DNA of 64,000 nucleotides from Gammaproteobacteria bacterium (GTDB taxonomy: Bacteria > Pseudomonadota > Gammaproteobacteria > Tethybacterales > CBDBMS01): the NCBI GenBank assembly GCA_965207545.1, contig CBDBMS010000003.1:525433-589432 (forward strand). Reading direction: 5' to 3'. The notes beneath the pieces were generated by a model that searched no databases, was not told the origin of the DNA, and saw nothing but the letters and a program-made list of their open reading frames with translations. Below, piece after piece: positions 19,483 to 28,491 of the stretch. Made by a program: the position numbers and the translations under genes. How positions within the stretch are numbered: position 1 is the first letter of the stretch; each line of letters starts with the position of its first letter.

Positions 19483-20559
19483 ATGGAAGGTTCGGATGAA
19501 GCCCTGATGCGGCGAGCGCTTGTGCTTGCTGAAAAAGGCCTCTACACAGCTCGGCCAAACCCGTATGTCGGCTGTGTCATTGCACGCAATGGAAAGGTTA
19601 TTGCCGAAGGCTGGCATGAGTTCCGTGGCGAACAGCATGCGGAGACAGCGGCGATTGGGCAACTGGGAAACGCCCGACCTGAAGGTCTCAACATTTATGT
19701 GAACATGGAGCCATGCTCACATCACGGACATACCCCTCCATGTGTGGAGGCGATTGTCAACCTGGGTCCGGAAAGAGTCGTAGTCGCCATGGAGGATCCC
19801 AACCCCAAAGTCAACGGCAAAGGCATCGGGATCCTTAGAAAGGCTGGCATCAGAGTGGATGTTGGCGTTTGCAGGGAACAGGCGGAATGGCTAAACAGGG
19901 GACACTCCAAACGTATGGTTTCCGGTCGGCCATGGGTGACCCTCAAGATGGCCTCCACACTTGACGGCATGACGGCGCTCAAAACCGGCCTGAGCCAGTG
20001 GATCACTTCGGAGGAGGCCCGTATGGATGCACAGCTTCTGCGCGCCGCATCATGTGCCATTGTCACTGGAATTGGCACAGCTTTACAGGACAATCCCCGC
20101 CTAACAGTCAGGGGGATTGAGATTCCTCGCCAACCTCTCAAGGTTTTGATTGACAGCAACATGAGGCACTCGCACGATATGGAACTGTTCAAGACAGGCA
20201 GAACGCTGGTTGCCACAGCGTGTAATGCCATTAAGGAAGACTTCGACTCGGACGATGTCCTCATGGCATCCTTTCCTGACGGAAAAGGGCGTGTCAATCT
20301 TGGCAGTCTTCTTGCACATTTGGGCTCTCGGGAATGCAACCATGTCTTGGTTGAGGCAGGAGCCCGTCTGAACGGTGCGTTCCTTGAGGATAGGTGGGTC
20401 GATGAACTGGTGCTCTACACCGCCCCGTCTGTGTTTGGGATAGGGAGGAGCCTCTTTGAGATTGTCCCTCCAGCATCACCTGGAAATGCATTCCGGTTCT
20501 CGCTCCAGAAGGTTGACCGAATCGGAGATGATGTCAAAGCTGTCTACGTGACAGAATAG
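19483..20559 (+). CDS. ribD: bifunctional riboflavin biosynthesis deaminase/reductase
   Basis: 358 aa with the CMP/dCMP-type deaminase zinc motifs HAETAAI and EPCSHHGHTPPC, followed by a RibD C-terminal reductase domain. Confidence 0.9.
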   Translation: MEGSDEALMRRALVLAEKGLYTARPNPYVGCVIARNGKVIAEGWHEFRGEQHAETAAIGQLGNARPEGLNIYVNMEPCSHHGHTPPCVEAIVNLGPERVVVAMEDPNPKVNGKGIGILRKAGIRVDVGVCREQAEWLNRGHSKRMVSGRPWVTLKMASTLDGMTALKTGLSQWITSEEARMDAQLLRAASCAIVTGIGTALQDNPRLTVRGIEIPRQPLKVLIDSNMRHSHDMELFKTGRTLVATACNAIKEDFDSDDVLMASFPDGKGRVNLGSLLAHLGSRECNHVLVEAGARLNGAFLEDRWVDELVLYTAPSVFGIGRSLFEIVPPASPGNAFRFSLQKVDRIGDDVKAVYVTE

Positions 20560-20564
20560 GCTCC

Positions 20565-21641
20565 ATGTCCTCGCGTCCAGTCATTGCCGAAATCAACGTC
20601 AGCGCACTGCGAAACAACTACCTTCTGCTGAAGCGGGCTGCTGGCGCCAGGACATTTGCAGTAATCAAGGCAAATGCCTACGGACATGGAACGTCTGTTG
20701 TGACCAGTGCGCTCAACGGCATTGTTGACGGATACGCCACCGTTGACTTTGACAGCGCCCGAGACATTCGCGAATCGGGGTTCGCTGGACCGATTCTTAT
20801 GCTTAACGGAATGTTTGAAGTGGAGGACGGCAGATTGGCTGTTGAGCATGGCTTATGGCTGGTCATCCATCAGCAATGGCAGTTTGACTGGATTATGGGA
20901 AGCGGGTGTCGTGCAAGGCCACGAATGTTTTTGAAGGTTAATACGGGCATGAATCGGCTTGGGTTCACAGTGGAGCGTGCCATGGCCTTGCTGCGTATCC
21001 TCCGATCTGACGGTGGATGCGGTGACACTGTGCTGATGACCCACTTCGCAGAGACTGAATCCAAGGGAGGTGTAGCGACTCAATTGGCACATATGAAACC
21101 CCTCATGGACGAATTCGGGCTTCCCCTGTCCCTATCCAATTCTGCAGGTGTTCTGTTTCAGGATGTCTCCTGCAAACAGCTTTGGGTTCGATGTGGGATC
21201 GCTCTTTACGGCGCTTCTCCGAGTCCAACTTTCAAGTCGGCGGCTGAACTTGGATTGCAGCCGGCAATGACACTTAAGGCGAAGCTGATTGATGTGCACC
21301 GCCTCGGCAAGGGGGAGCGTATAGGTTATGACGGAACATTCACTGCCGACAGAGAAATGATGATTGGACATGTTGCTTGCGGATATGGAGACGGATATCC
21401 CCGTTGTGCCGGAGAAGCCGAGGCGCCGGTTATGGTCAACGGAACTAGAAGTCGGATGGTCGGACGTGTATCCATGGACCTGTCGGCAATTGATTTAACC
21501 GGAATCGCGGTGGGAATAGGGGACGATGTCGAGTTGTTCGGCAGGATGGTGCCGGTCGATGAGATAGCCGTGAAATGCGGGACAATAGGCTATGAGATAT
21601 TCACCAACATCAGCGCTTCGGTTTTCCGGCGGACAGTTTGA
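20565..21641 (+). CDS. alr: alanine racemase
   Basis: 358 aa with the PLP-lysine motif AVIKANAYGHG and the C-terminal stretch GRVSMD. Confidence 0.9.
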   Translation: MSSRPVIAEINVSALRNNYLLLKRAAGARTFAVIKANAYGHGTSVVTSALNGIVDGYATVDFDSARDIRESGFAGPILMLNGMFEVEDGRLAVEHGLWLVIHQQWQFDWIMGSGCRARPRMFLKVNTGMNRLGFTVERAMALLRILRSDGGCGDTVLMTHFAETESKGGVATQLAHMKPLMDEFGLPLSLSNSAGVLFQDVSCKQLWVRCGIALYGASPSPTFKSAAELGLQPAMTLKAKLIDVHRLGKGERIGYDGTFTADREMMIGHVACGYGDGYPRCAGEAEAPVMVNGTRSRMVGRVSMDLSAIDLTGIAVGIGDDVELFGRMVPVDEIAVKCGTIGYEIFTNISASVFRRTV

Positions 21642-21689
21642 ATTGGAAAGAGGCCGCATGAAACTCCTAGTCAACCTTTCCCACTTGTA

Positions 21690-22451
21690 GTGAGATATAA
21701 TTCGCCTTCTCATCAAGGAATGCAAATGACCACACGACACTTTAAACACTTGATTCTTATGCTTGTCCTTTCGCTTGCTTCAGGTTGTGCCTCTACTGCG
21801 GACGTAGAGGATGGTTATACTGCCGATGGCCTGCTTGCAGTCGATCCCTATGAAGAACTTAACAGGAGCCTTCACGGCTTCAACAAGGCATTGGATAATG
21901 CCTTGTTGAAGCCGCTTGCGCAAGGTTACCGGAAATCCCTTCCCGAATCAGCTAGGATACGGGTCAGCAATTTCTTTGACAATCTGGATGAGCCGATCAG
22001 TTTCCTGAACAATATCCTGCAGATCAAGCCTGCCGACGCAACGGCCAACTTGGGACGTTTCACAATCAACTCGACAATTGGCTTGGCAGGATTTTTTGAT
22101 GTTGCTTCGGAAATGGGGATTGAAAAGGCTGAAGAGGATTTTGGACAGACGTTTCGGGCGGTCAGCGGGTCTTCCGGGGTCTATCTGGTTCTGCCGTTTT
22201 TCGGCCCGTCTTCAACTGAAGATGTATTGGGAACTGTGGGGGATGTCTTCATGAACAGCTATGTCAAAAGGAGTATCTTCGATGACGATGCGACCGAGTA
22301 TGTCCTGACTGGGGTGGATTTGATCGATACACGTTCGGGTTTTCTTGACTTTGAGGAAACAATGGGAGATTCGGTGCTGGATGAATATTCGTTCATCCGC
22401 GACGCCTACCTGTCCCGGAGAGAGCACCTTACTGTTGATGGAGACCGATAG
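21690..22451 (+). CDS. mlaA: MlaA/VacJ family outer-membrane lipoprotein
   Basis: Lipobox LSLASGC, followed by the MlaA-typical [29 protein letters not shown]. The true start is probably an internal M (21720 or 21726). Confidence 0.85.
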   Translation: MRYNSPSHQGMQMTTRHFKHLILMLVLSLASGCASTADVEDGYTADGLLAVDPYEELNRSLHGFNKALDNALLKPLAQGYRKSLPESARIRVSNFFDNLDEPISFLNNILQIKPADATANLGRFTINSTIGLAGFFDVASEMGIEKAEEDFGQTFRAVSGSSGVYLVLPFFGPSSTEDVLGTVGDVFMNSYVKRSIFDDDATEYVLTGVDLIDTRSGFLDFEETMGDSVLDEYSFIRDAYLSRREHLTVDGDR

Positions 22452-22479
22452 TCTGGACGTTTCATTACTGCCTTTGGCA

Positions 22480-22556
22480 CGGGGTGTGGCGCAGGCTGGT
22501 AGCGCGCCTGGTTTGGGTCCAGGAGGCCGGGAGTTCGAATCTCTCCACCCCGACCA
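22480..22556 (+). tRNA. tRNA-Pro (anticodon TGG)
   Basis: The acceptor stem CGGGGTG pairs with CACCCCG. Anticodon loop TT-TGG-GT, T-loop TTCGAAT, encoded CCA. Confidence 0.9.
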
Positions 22557-22561
22557 ACTAT

Positions 22562-22635
22562 GTGCCCGTAGCTCAATTGGATAGAGCATCGGCCTTCTAA
22601 GCCGGAGGTTACAGGTTCGACTCCTGTCGGGCATG
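22562..22635 (+). tRNA. tRNA-Arg (anticodon TCT)
   Basis: GTGCCCGTAGCTCAATTGGATAGAGCA with anticodon loop CT-TCT-AA and T-arm ACAGGTTCGACTCCTGT. G1:U72 wobble. No encoded CCA. Confidence 0.85.
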
Positions 22636-22646
22636 CTTATTCATGT

Positions 22647-22723
22647 GGTGGTTGTAGCTCAGTTGGTAGAGCATCGGATTGTGGCTCCGAAGGTCGTGGG
22701 TTCAAGCCCCATCAACCACCCCA
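22647..22723 (+). tRNA. tRNA-His (anticodon GTG)
   Basis: An extra 5' G(-1) lies opposite the discriminator C. Anticodon loop TT-GTG-GC, T-loop TTCAAGC, encoded CCA. Confidence 0.9.
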
Positions 22724-22768
22724 ACTGCTAGGCCATTCAGAAACAGCCACCTAGAATTCCCTTTCATC

Positions 22769-24589
22769 ATGACCATTCACACATCAGATACGCCATGTAC
22801 AGCCGTGTTCGACAACGGCAGGATGCTCAGTGTGGGCCGCATCTTGTCGCTGAGTGAAGCAAGTTGTCGCCTCGAAGTTGACGAGGGACGGCAGGAGCAA
22901 CGGGTCAGGCGTAGCCAGATTCTGTTCATGAGCAACAGTGTCATAAGGCCGGCTGACATGGAGAAGGCAAGAAGCGAAGCTGAGGCGCTGGGACAGGGAG
23001 CATGCTGGAAAGCCACACAGGGCAAGGAGTTGACGCTGGGATTCTTGGCTAGCCGGCTTTGTGGAACAGACAACTGCCATGCCAGGCTTGTTACGTTGTA
23101 TGCCTACTTGGCAGATCGTCCTTTCTTTCAGAGAATGCACGACGATATTTTCCGACCTATTCCTGAGGAGATCGGCAGGAAAATCCTTGTGTCAAAGGCC
23201 GAAAGGGCAAGAGCCATTGAAAGCAACAGGCTATTGCTTAACAGAATGGAGAATGGAGACTTGTCAATGATTTCAGATGGCCAGGTGAACGAGATCCTGT
23301 TTTCCAAGAAGTCTGTATTGGGAAAGCTGGTCGCACAACACTGCAAAGGCTTGGGGATTGGCAAGCCGGAGTTTCTGAGGATTCGTGGGGCACTTGAATC
23401 GGAATTGGACTACCACAGAAGGTGGCTGATTGAGCATTTTTCCCTCAACAGTTCCGAGCCAGAAGCGATTATGCCGGATTTGCCGGACAGTCTCGGCTTC
23501 AATCAGGGTGCACACCCGGTAACCCTCGACCGTGCGGGCACGGATGAGATAGATGACGCATTAACGATCATCAAGGACAGGGAGAAGGGCTTTTGCATCA
23601 GAAGTCATATCTGTCTTCCCAGCATTGCAATTCCAGCCGGCAGTCCCTTGGACATGTACGCCCGCTTCCGCATGTCCACAATTTACACTCCCCAGGAAAA
23701 GTTCACCATGCTTCCCAGGAGCATCTACAGGCGGTTCTCACTTGTCCAAGGAAAAGTCCGTCCGGTTCTGACAGTTGAGGCCAGAATAGATGAGGGAACC
23801 GGGAATGTCGAAGTGGGAGAGCCTTTTCTCGAAAAGGTTCTGATCCAGGCAAACCATTTCTTCCCTGATGTGGCAAACGACCGCCTGCTTGAATCCTACG
23901 GATTTCCTCCGGAAGAGCCTATGCGCTGGCTGATCGCAAGCCTTAGAAAGCGAAGAGCTGGCAGTGTGACATCTGTGCGCCAAAGAAAGGCTATCAGCAT
24001 GGCCGGCCAGAATGCGGTTGATGTGGCCATGAAACCTGTTGGCCTTGCCGAGGAATTGCTTGCGGAAATGATGATACTGACCAACGCGAAACTTGCGACG
24101 TTCGCCAGTGAAAACAATATTCCTGTAATATACCGGATGAAGGGAAATTCCGTGTTAAGGCCCGGCGAGCACAGGGAGATTGGACATTCCTGTTATGGAT
24201 GGTTTACGTCGCCTCTCAGGCGCTATTCTGATCTGGTCAACATCAGGCAGGTGCTTGGCTTCATGTTGCCGGACAGCACCTTTCAACAGGATCCGAAAAG
24301 CATCCTGGCAGCAGTGGCGAAGGAGTTTAACGTGAAATACAGCCAGACCCTTCAAGCTCAAAAAAGATTTGAAAGGTTTTTTATTCTCAATTACTTGAAA
24401 CAGAATAGTGACAAAGTTTGGGATGCCACCTGCATTGACGAGGATCATGCCGTGATCAACGGTTTCCAGATTGAGGGAAACCTACTGGGAACCGGTTTCA
24501 AGGCAAAGGCGCCAATAAAGGTGACGGTTTCAAGAATTGATCCATATGAACTGACCGTTGAATTCCGTGTTGTCAGTGAAAGCGCCTAA
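22769..24589 (+). CDS. RNB-domain exoribonuclease (RNase II/R family)
   Basis: The RNB catalytic region GTDEIDDALTI and ...SPLRRYSDLVN are present, with an OB-like N-terminus and an S1-like C-terminus. The start is set at the ATG at 22769 (MTIHTS) because the ORF-track start at 22679 lies inside tRNA-His. Confidence 0.8.
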   Translation: MTIHTSDTPCTAVFDNGRMLSVGRILSLSEASCRLEVDEGRQEQRVRRSQILFMSNSVIRPADMEKARSEAEALGQGACWKATQGKELTLGFLASRLCGTDNCHARLVTLYAYLADRPFFQRMHDDIFRPIPEEIGRKILVSKAERARAIESNRLLLNRMENGDLSMISDGQVNEILFSKKSVLGKLVAQHCKGLGIGKPEFLRIRGALESELDYHRRWLIEHFSLNSSEPEAIMPDLPDSLGFNQGAHPVTLDRAGTDEIDDALTIIKDREKGFCIRSHICLPSIAIPAGSPLDMYARFRMSTIYTPQEKFTMLPRSIYRRFSLVQGKVRPVLTVEARIDEGTGNVEVGEPFLEKVLIQANHFFPDVANDRLLESYGFPPEEPMRWLIASLRKRRAGSVTSVRQRKAISMAGQNAVDVAMKPVGLAEELLAEMMILTNAKLATFASENNIPVIYRMKGNSVLRPGEHREIGHSCYGWFTSPLRRYSDLVNIRQVLGFMLPDSTFQQDPKSILAAVAKEFNVKYSQTLQAQKRFERFFILNYLKQNSDKVWDATCIDEDHAVINGFQIEGNLLGTGFKAKAPIKVTVSRIDPYELTVEFRVVSESA

Positions 24590-25415
24590 CTACAGAAGGT
24601 ACGCCGTGATTGGCGGCTCGGTTCGGCACAGCCTGTCTCCGTTCATACATAACTGCTTTGCGCTTGCGACCCAGAAGCCGGTTCTCTACGCAGCAATTTC
24701 CGCACAGAAGGAAGAATTCGAAGCCAAGGTTGAGGATTTCTGGGATAGGGGCGGAAATGGCCTGAATGTGACAGTTCCGTTCAAAGGGAAAGCCGTAGGC
24801 CAAGCCGATAAGCTGTCTAGCATGGCCAGAAAATCGGGAGTGCTGAATGTTCTACACAAAACCTCTTCTGGAGTGGTTCAGGGATACAACACCGATGGAG
24901 CTGGTTTTGTCGCAGACATCAGGAAAAGGCTGGAAAGAGGCCTTGATGGCGCCAATGTGCTGGTTGTTGGAGCTGGCGGCGGCGCCGCCGGAATACTCTT
25001 CTCAATGCTCGAGCAGAAGCCCGCATCGGTGACGATTGCCAACCGCACGCCGGCAAAAGCGGAGCATCTTCTGGACAGGGTCTCCGAACTGGGCGAGACC
25101 GTCATAAGAGCCGTGTCTCTTGAGGATGCGGCGGGAAAATTCGATGTCGTGGTGAACACCACCTCATGCGGACACGAAGGTGAGGTTCCCAATGTCCGAT
25201 CTGCATGCCTAGATGGCATCCGGCTTGCCTACGACCTGAACTACGGGGTTGCCGCCACAAGCTTTCTCGAATTGGCAAGCAAGGCGGGTGCGCACTCCAC
25301 ATGTGACGGATTGGGCATGCTTGTCGAACAGGCTGCGCTTTCCTATGCCATTTGGGAAAATGTGCGCCCGTCCACCAGGCACATCATCGAACTGCTCTCT
25401 CAACAACATGTATAA
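24558..25415 (+). CDS. aroE: shikimate dehydrogenase
   Basis: 285 aa with SLSPFIHN and the NADP glycine-rich loop VVGAGGGAAG. The start is uncertain (ATG 24558 or GTG 24576), and both overlap the end of the RNB gene. Confidence 0.85.
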   Translation: MNSVLSVKAPNYRRYAVIGGSVRHSLSPFIHNCFALATQKPVLYAAISAQKEEFEAKVEDFWDRGGNGLNVTVPFKGKAVGQADKLSSMARKSGVLNVLHKTSSGVVQGYNTDGAGFVADIRKRLERGLDGANVLVVGAGGGAAGILFSMLEQKPASVTIANRTPAKAEHLLDRVSELGETVIRAVSLEDAAGKFDVVVNTTSCGHEGEVPNVRSACLDGIRLAYDLNYGVAATSFLELASKAGAHSTCDGLGMLVEQAALSYAIWENVRPSTRHIIELLSQQHV

Positions 25416-25458
25416 TCAGTCCCTCATTGGGAAATCCTAGAAAGAATTAGCGTGGGGA

Positions 25459-25686
25459 ATGTCTAGAAAAGATTTGGAACAGTGCCTGAACAAGGCTCTG
25501 AACTGCTATTATCAGAATCTTGATGGTGAAAGGCCTTCGCAGGTGTACAAGATGGTAACTGAACTTATCGACGGCATAGTGGTTGCAGATGCAATGCGCC
25601 GTTCGGAGAACAATTACAGCAAGGCGTCAAAGTTGCTTGGAATCAGCCGCTCCACTCTGAAGAACAAGCTAAACTCGGAAAGGTAG
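25459..25686 (+). CDS. fis: Fis-family DNA-binding protein (short form)
   Basis: 75 aa with the C-terminal HTH KASKLLGISRSTLKNKLN. It sits directly upstream of purH-purD, as in many beta/gamma-type genomes. Confidence 0.75.
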   Translation: MSRKDLEQCLNKALNCYYQNLDGERPSQVYKMVTELIDGIVVADAMRRSENNYSKASKLLGISRSTLKNKLNSER

Positions 25687-25699
25687 AGTTCAGCGATTC

Positions 25700-27238
25700 A
25701 TGGCCGAAGTCAAGACAGCCCTGGTTAGCGTCTCCGATAAGGCTAGACTTCCAGAGTTGCTTGAGTGCCTGACTCAAAGAAAAGTCAGGATATTCTCCAC
25801 CGGAGGAACCGCAAGGCATATCCGGGAGTATGGACACGAAGTTCATGAGATCGCCGACTACACAGGTGAGGAGGAAATCCTGGGCGGCAGGGTGAAAACC
25901 CTTCATCCAAAGGTGTTTGCTGGCATTCTGGCCGATGTCGGAAACGAGGAGCATGACCGGGTGTTGCACGAAAGGGGAGTTTCGTTTTTCGACCTGGTCG
26001 TAGTCAACTTCTACTCTTTTAACGAAGCGGCTAGCGCCGGATTGGATCTCGACGCAGCCATAGAGAAAATTGACATTGGCGGACCTTCGATGGTTCGGGC
26101 GGCGGCAAAGAATCACCGCCATGTGGCTGTCCTGACCGACCCGAGAGACTACGGGCCTTTTGTTCGGCATCTGGAAGAGAACGACGGAAGTGTCCTGCCT
26201 GCCTACTCACGCTCACTAGCCCTAAAGGCTTTCGCCCTTACCGGAAGGTACGATGCGATGATTGCATCCTACTTCTCTCACCAGATAAACGGGGAAAACG
26301 CCTATCCCGAGACGATCAATCGTGGAATGTCAAGGCTTGCTACGCTACGCTACGGTGAAAACCCTCATCAGCAAGCCGCCATCTATTCGGTTGACGGCAC
26401 CGAGCCGTCTCTCAAGCAACTGGCGGGTGCTGGCCTTTCCTACAACAACCATCTGGATCTGGATGCAGCTTGGAAATGTGTCTCCACGATAAAGCCATCT
26501 TGTTGCGCGGCGATCTTCAAGCATGGAAACCCTTGCGGTGCCGCTGCCAGGCCTAGCCTGTGTGACGCCTTCCAGTGCGCCTTGAATGCCGATCCCCTGT
26601 CTGCTTTTGGAGGCGTGATTGCCCTCAACTCCCAAGTGGATATTGAGACCGCAGAGGCTATTTCCACCGGCTTCTACGAACTGGTGACCGCCCCTGGATA
26701 TTCGCCAGAAGCGCTTGCCAAACTGTGTGAAAAAAAGAATCCTAGGGTCATCAAGATATCCCCCTCCGAAATGCCAACGAAAGAGTTCAGATCCGTTGTC
26801 GGCGGAATACTGGTACAGGAACCTGATCGGCTTCAGTTGTCGGAAGACGATCTTGTCCAGTTCAGTTCCAGGGCTCCCAGCAAGGACGAACTGACAGACC
26901 TGATGTTTGCCTGGCATATTGCCAAGCACGTCAAGTCGAATGCGGTTGTGGTAGTGCGGAATCTGCAGACAGTCGGGGTTGGCGCCGGACAGATGAGCCG
27001 GGTGGACAGTGCACGGATTGCGTGTGCCAAGGCAACCAGCCTGGGCAAGGCAACAGGGGCTGTAGCGGCTTCAGATGGGTTTCTCCCGTTCTCGGACACT
27101 TTGGAGGTGCTCTCGGATGCAGGCGTCACAGCACTGATTCAACCGGGTGGGAGCAGAAAGGATAAGGAGATACGGATTGCAGCTGACGAGAGCAACATGG
27201 CGATGATGATGACTGGCGTGCGTCATTTTCTCCACTGA
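25700..27238 (+). CDS. purH: bifunctional AICAR transformylase / IMP cyclohydrolase
   Basis: 512 aa with an MGS-like N-terminus (ALVSVSDK, STGGTA) and an AICARFT C-terminus (IQPGGSRKD, RHFLH end). Confidence 0.95.
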   Translation: MAEVKTALVSVSDKARLPELLECLTQRKVRIFSTGGTARHIREYGHEVHEIADYTGEEEILGGRVKTLHPKVFAGILADVGNEEHDRVLHERGVSFFDLVVVNFYSFNEAASAGLDLDAAIEKIDIGGPSMVRAAAKNHRHVAVLTDPRDYGPFVRHLEENDGSVLPAYSRSLALKAFALTGRYDAMIASYFSHQINGENAYPETINRGMSRLATLRYGENPHQQAAIYSVDGTEPSLKQLAGAGLSYNNHLDLDAAWKCVSTIKPSCCAAIFKHGNPCGAAARPSLCDAFQCALNADPLSAFGGVIALNSQVDIETAEAISTGFYELVTAPGYSPEALAKLCEKKNPRVIKISPSEMPTKEFRSVVGGILVQEPDRLQLSEDDLVQFSSRAPSKDELTDLMFAWHIAKHVKSNAVVVVRNLQTVGVGAGQMSRVDSARIACAKATSLGKATGAVAASDGFLPFSDTLEVLSDAGVTALIQPGGSRKDKEIRIAADESNMAMMMTGVRHFLH

Positions 27239-27239
27239 A

Positions 27240-28490
27240 ATGAAGGTGCTAGTGATCGGAGATGGCGGCAGGGAACATGCTCTCGCTTGGAAAATATCCC
27301 ATTCTCCCCAAGTTGACACTGTTTTCGTCGCTCCCGGCAATGCCGGAACCGCAAACGAAGCGAAAATGGAAAACATTGCGGTTTCCGGCAACGAGGAACT
27401 TGCCAACTTTGCGGAAAGCAACGGAATAAGCCTGACCGTGGTAGGACCTGAGGCGCCTCTTCAGGATGGAATTGTCGACCTGTTCCATAGCCGAAACTTG
27501 CAGATAGTCGGACCAACACAAAAGGCCGCCCTTTTGGAGACATCGAAGTCGTTTGCCAAGCAGTTCATGGCACGAAGGGGAATTCCCACCGCAAGCTACG
27601 GCGTTTTTGACGAGCCTGAACTGGCTAACGAGTTTCTGCAGGAGATGAAAGCGCCTTATGTGGTGAAAGCGGATGGCCTTTCGGCTGGCAAGGGGGTGCT
27701 GATCTGCCAGACGATCGAGGAGGCAAAGGCCTGTGTTGAAGAGATGTTGAGCGGAAAGTTCGGAACTGCATCTGAAACCGTTGTTATCGAAGAGTATCTT
27801 GAGGGAGAGGAAACCAGCTTCTTTGTTCTCTCCAACGGAAGGGGGGCGGTTCAACTTGGAACAAGCAGGGACTATAAGAGACTCCATGACGGTGGCAATG
27901 GACCCAATACAGGTGGAATGGGTGCAGTGTCCCCTTCGCCGGTCTGGAACTGCGACCTGGAGAACAAGGTCATGAAACGGATCGTTATCCCAACCATAGA
28001 AGGAATGGCGCGGGAAAAAACACCCTATACCGGCTTTCTTTATGTTGGACTGATGATTAGGGAATATGAGCCATATGTTCTGGAATATAACTGCCGGTTC
28101 GGAGATCCTGAGTGCCAAGTGGTTATGCCGCGGCTGCAAAGCGACCTGTTTGAAATGTTGGCCGGATCCTTGCGGAAAGAAGAGCATTGGGCGTATGAAG
28201 TTGAATGGGGCGACACATACAACGTAGGCGTTGTGATGGCGACCGAAGGCTATGCCACCAATAACGTCAGCCCGGGTAACATTGCAGAGCTGGGGAACGG
28301 CCTCGTGTTCCATGCCAAAACGGTTGCAACCGGCAGTGGCCTGAGCCACAGCGGAGGAAGGGCCCTGTGCGTAGTTGGTGAAGGAAGTGACGTTGAGGAG
28401 GCGCGAAAGGCAGCCTATTACAGCCTGAAGGAAGTCGGTTTTCCGGGAAGCCAGTTTCGCACCGACATAGGCCTGGACACAAAGGCCTGA
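27240..28490 (+). CDS. purD: phosphoribosylamine--glycine ligase
   Basis: 416 aa. MKVLVIGDGGREHALAWK followed by an ATP-grasp core. It starts 1 nt after the purH stop. Confidence 0.95.
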   Translation: MKVLVIGDGGREHALAWKISHSPQVDTVFVAPGNAGTANEAKMENIAVSGNEELANFAESNGISLTVVGPEAPLQDGIVDLFHSRNLQIVGPTQKAALLETSKSFAKQFMARRGIPTASYGVFDEPELANEFLQEMKAPYVVKADGLSAGKGVLICQTIEEAKACVEEMLSGKFGTASETVVIEEYLEGEETSFFVLSNGRGAVQLGTSRDYKRLHDGGNGPNTGGMGAVSPSPVWNCDLENKVMKRIVIPTIEGMAREKTPYTGFLYVGLMIREYEPYVLEYNCRFGDPECQVVMPRLQSDLFEMLAGSLRKEEHWAYEVEWGDTYNVGVVMATEGYATNNVSPGNIAELGNGLVFHAKTVATGSGLSHSGGRALCVVGEGSDVEEARKAAYYSLKEVGFPGSQFRTDIGLDTKA

Positions 28491-28491
28491 A

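Noticed and set aside
22679-22768. ORF-track N-terminal extension of the RNB exoribonuclease gene.
   Set aside because: The extension overlaps tRNA-His (22647-22723). The first plausible start is the ATG at 22769.
25459-25686. Fis homologue lacking the roughly 20-aa N-terminal beta-hairpin arm of E. coli Fis.
   Set aside because: As far as I recall, short Fis-family proteins of about 75-80 aa are common outside the Enterobacteria, so this is not unusual.
27249-28349. 366-aa ORF antisense to purD. Similar long antisense ORFs occur at 6000-7070 (opposite spuC), 47784-48887 (opposite the AI-2E transporter), 54421-55185 (opposite trxB), 19722-20339 (opposite ribD) and 57078-57725 (opposite the M20 amidohydrolase).
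   Set aside because: Each lies fully inside a gene whose product has strong family motifs. Their translations are low-complexity, Arg/Ser/Pro- or Lys/Gln-rich, and carry no recognisable motifs. They are typical shadow ORFs.
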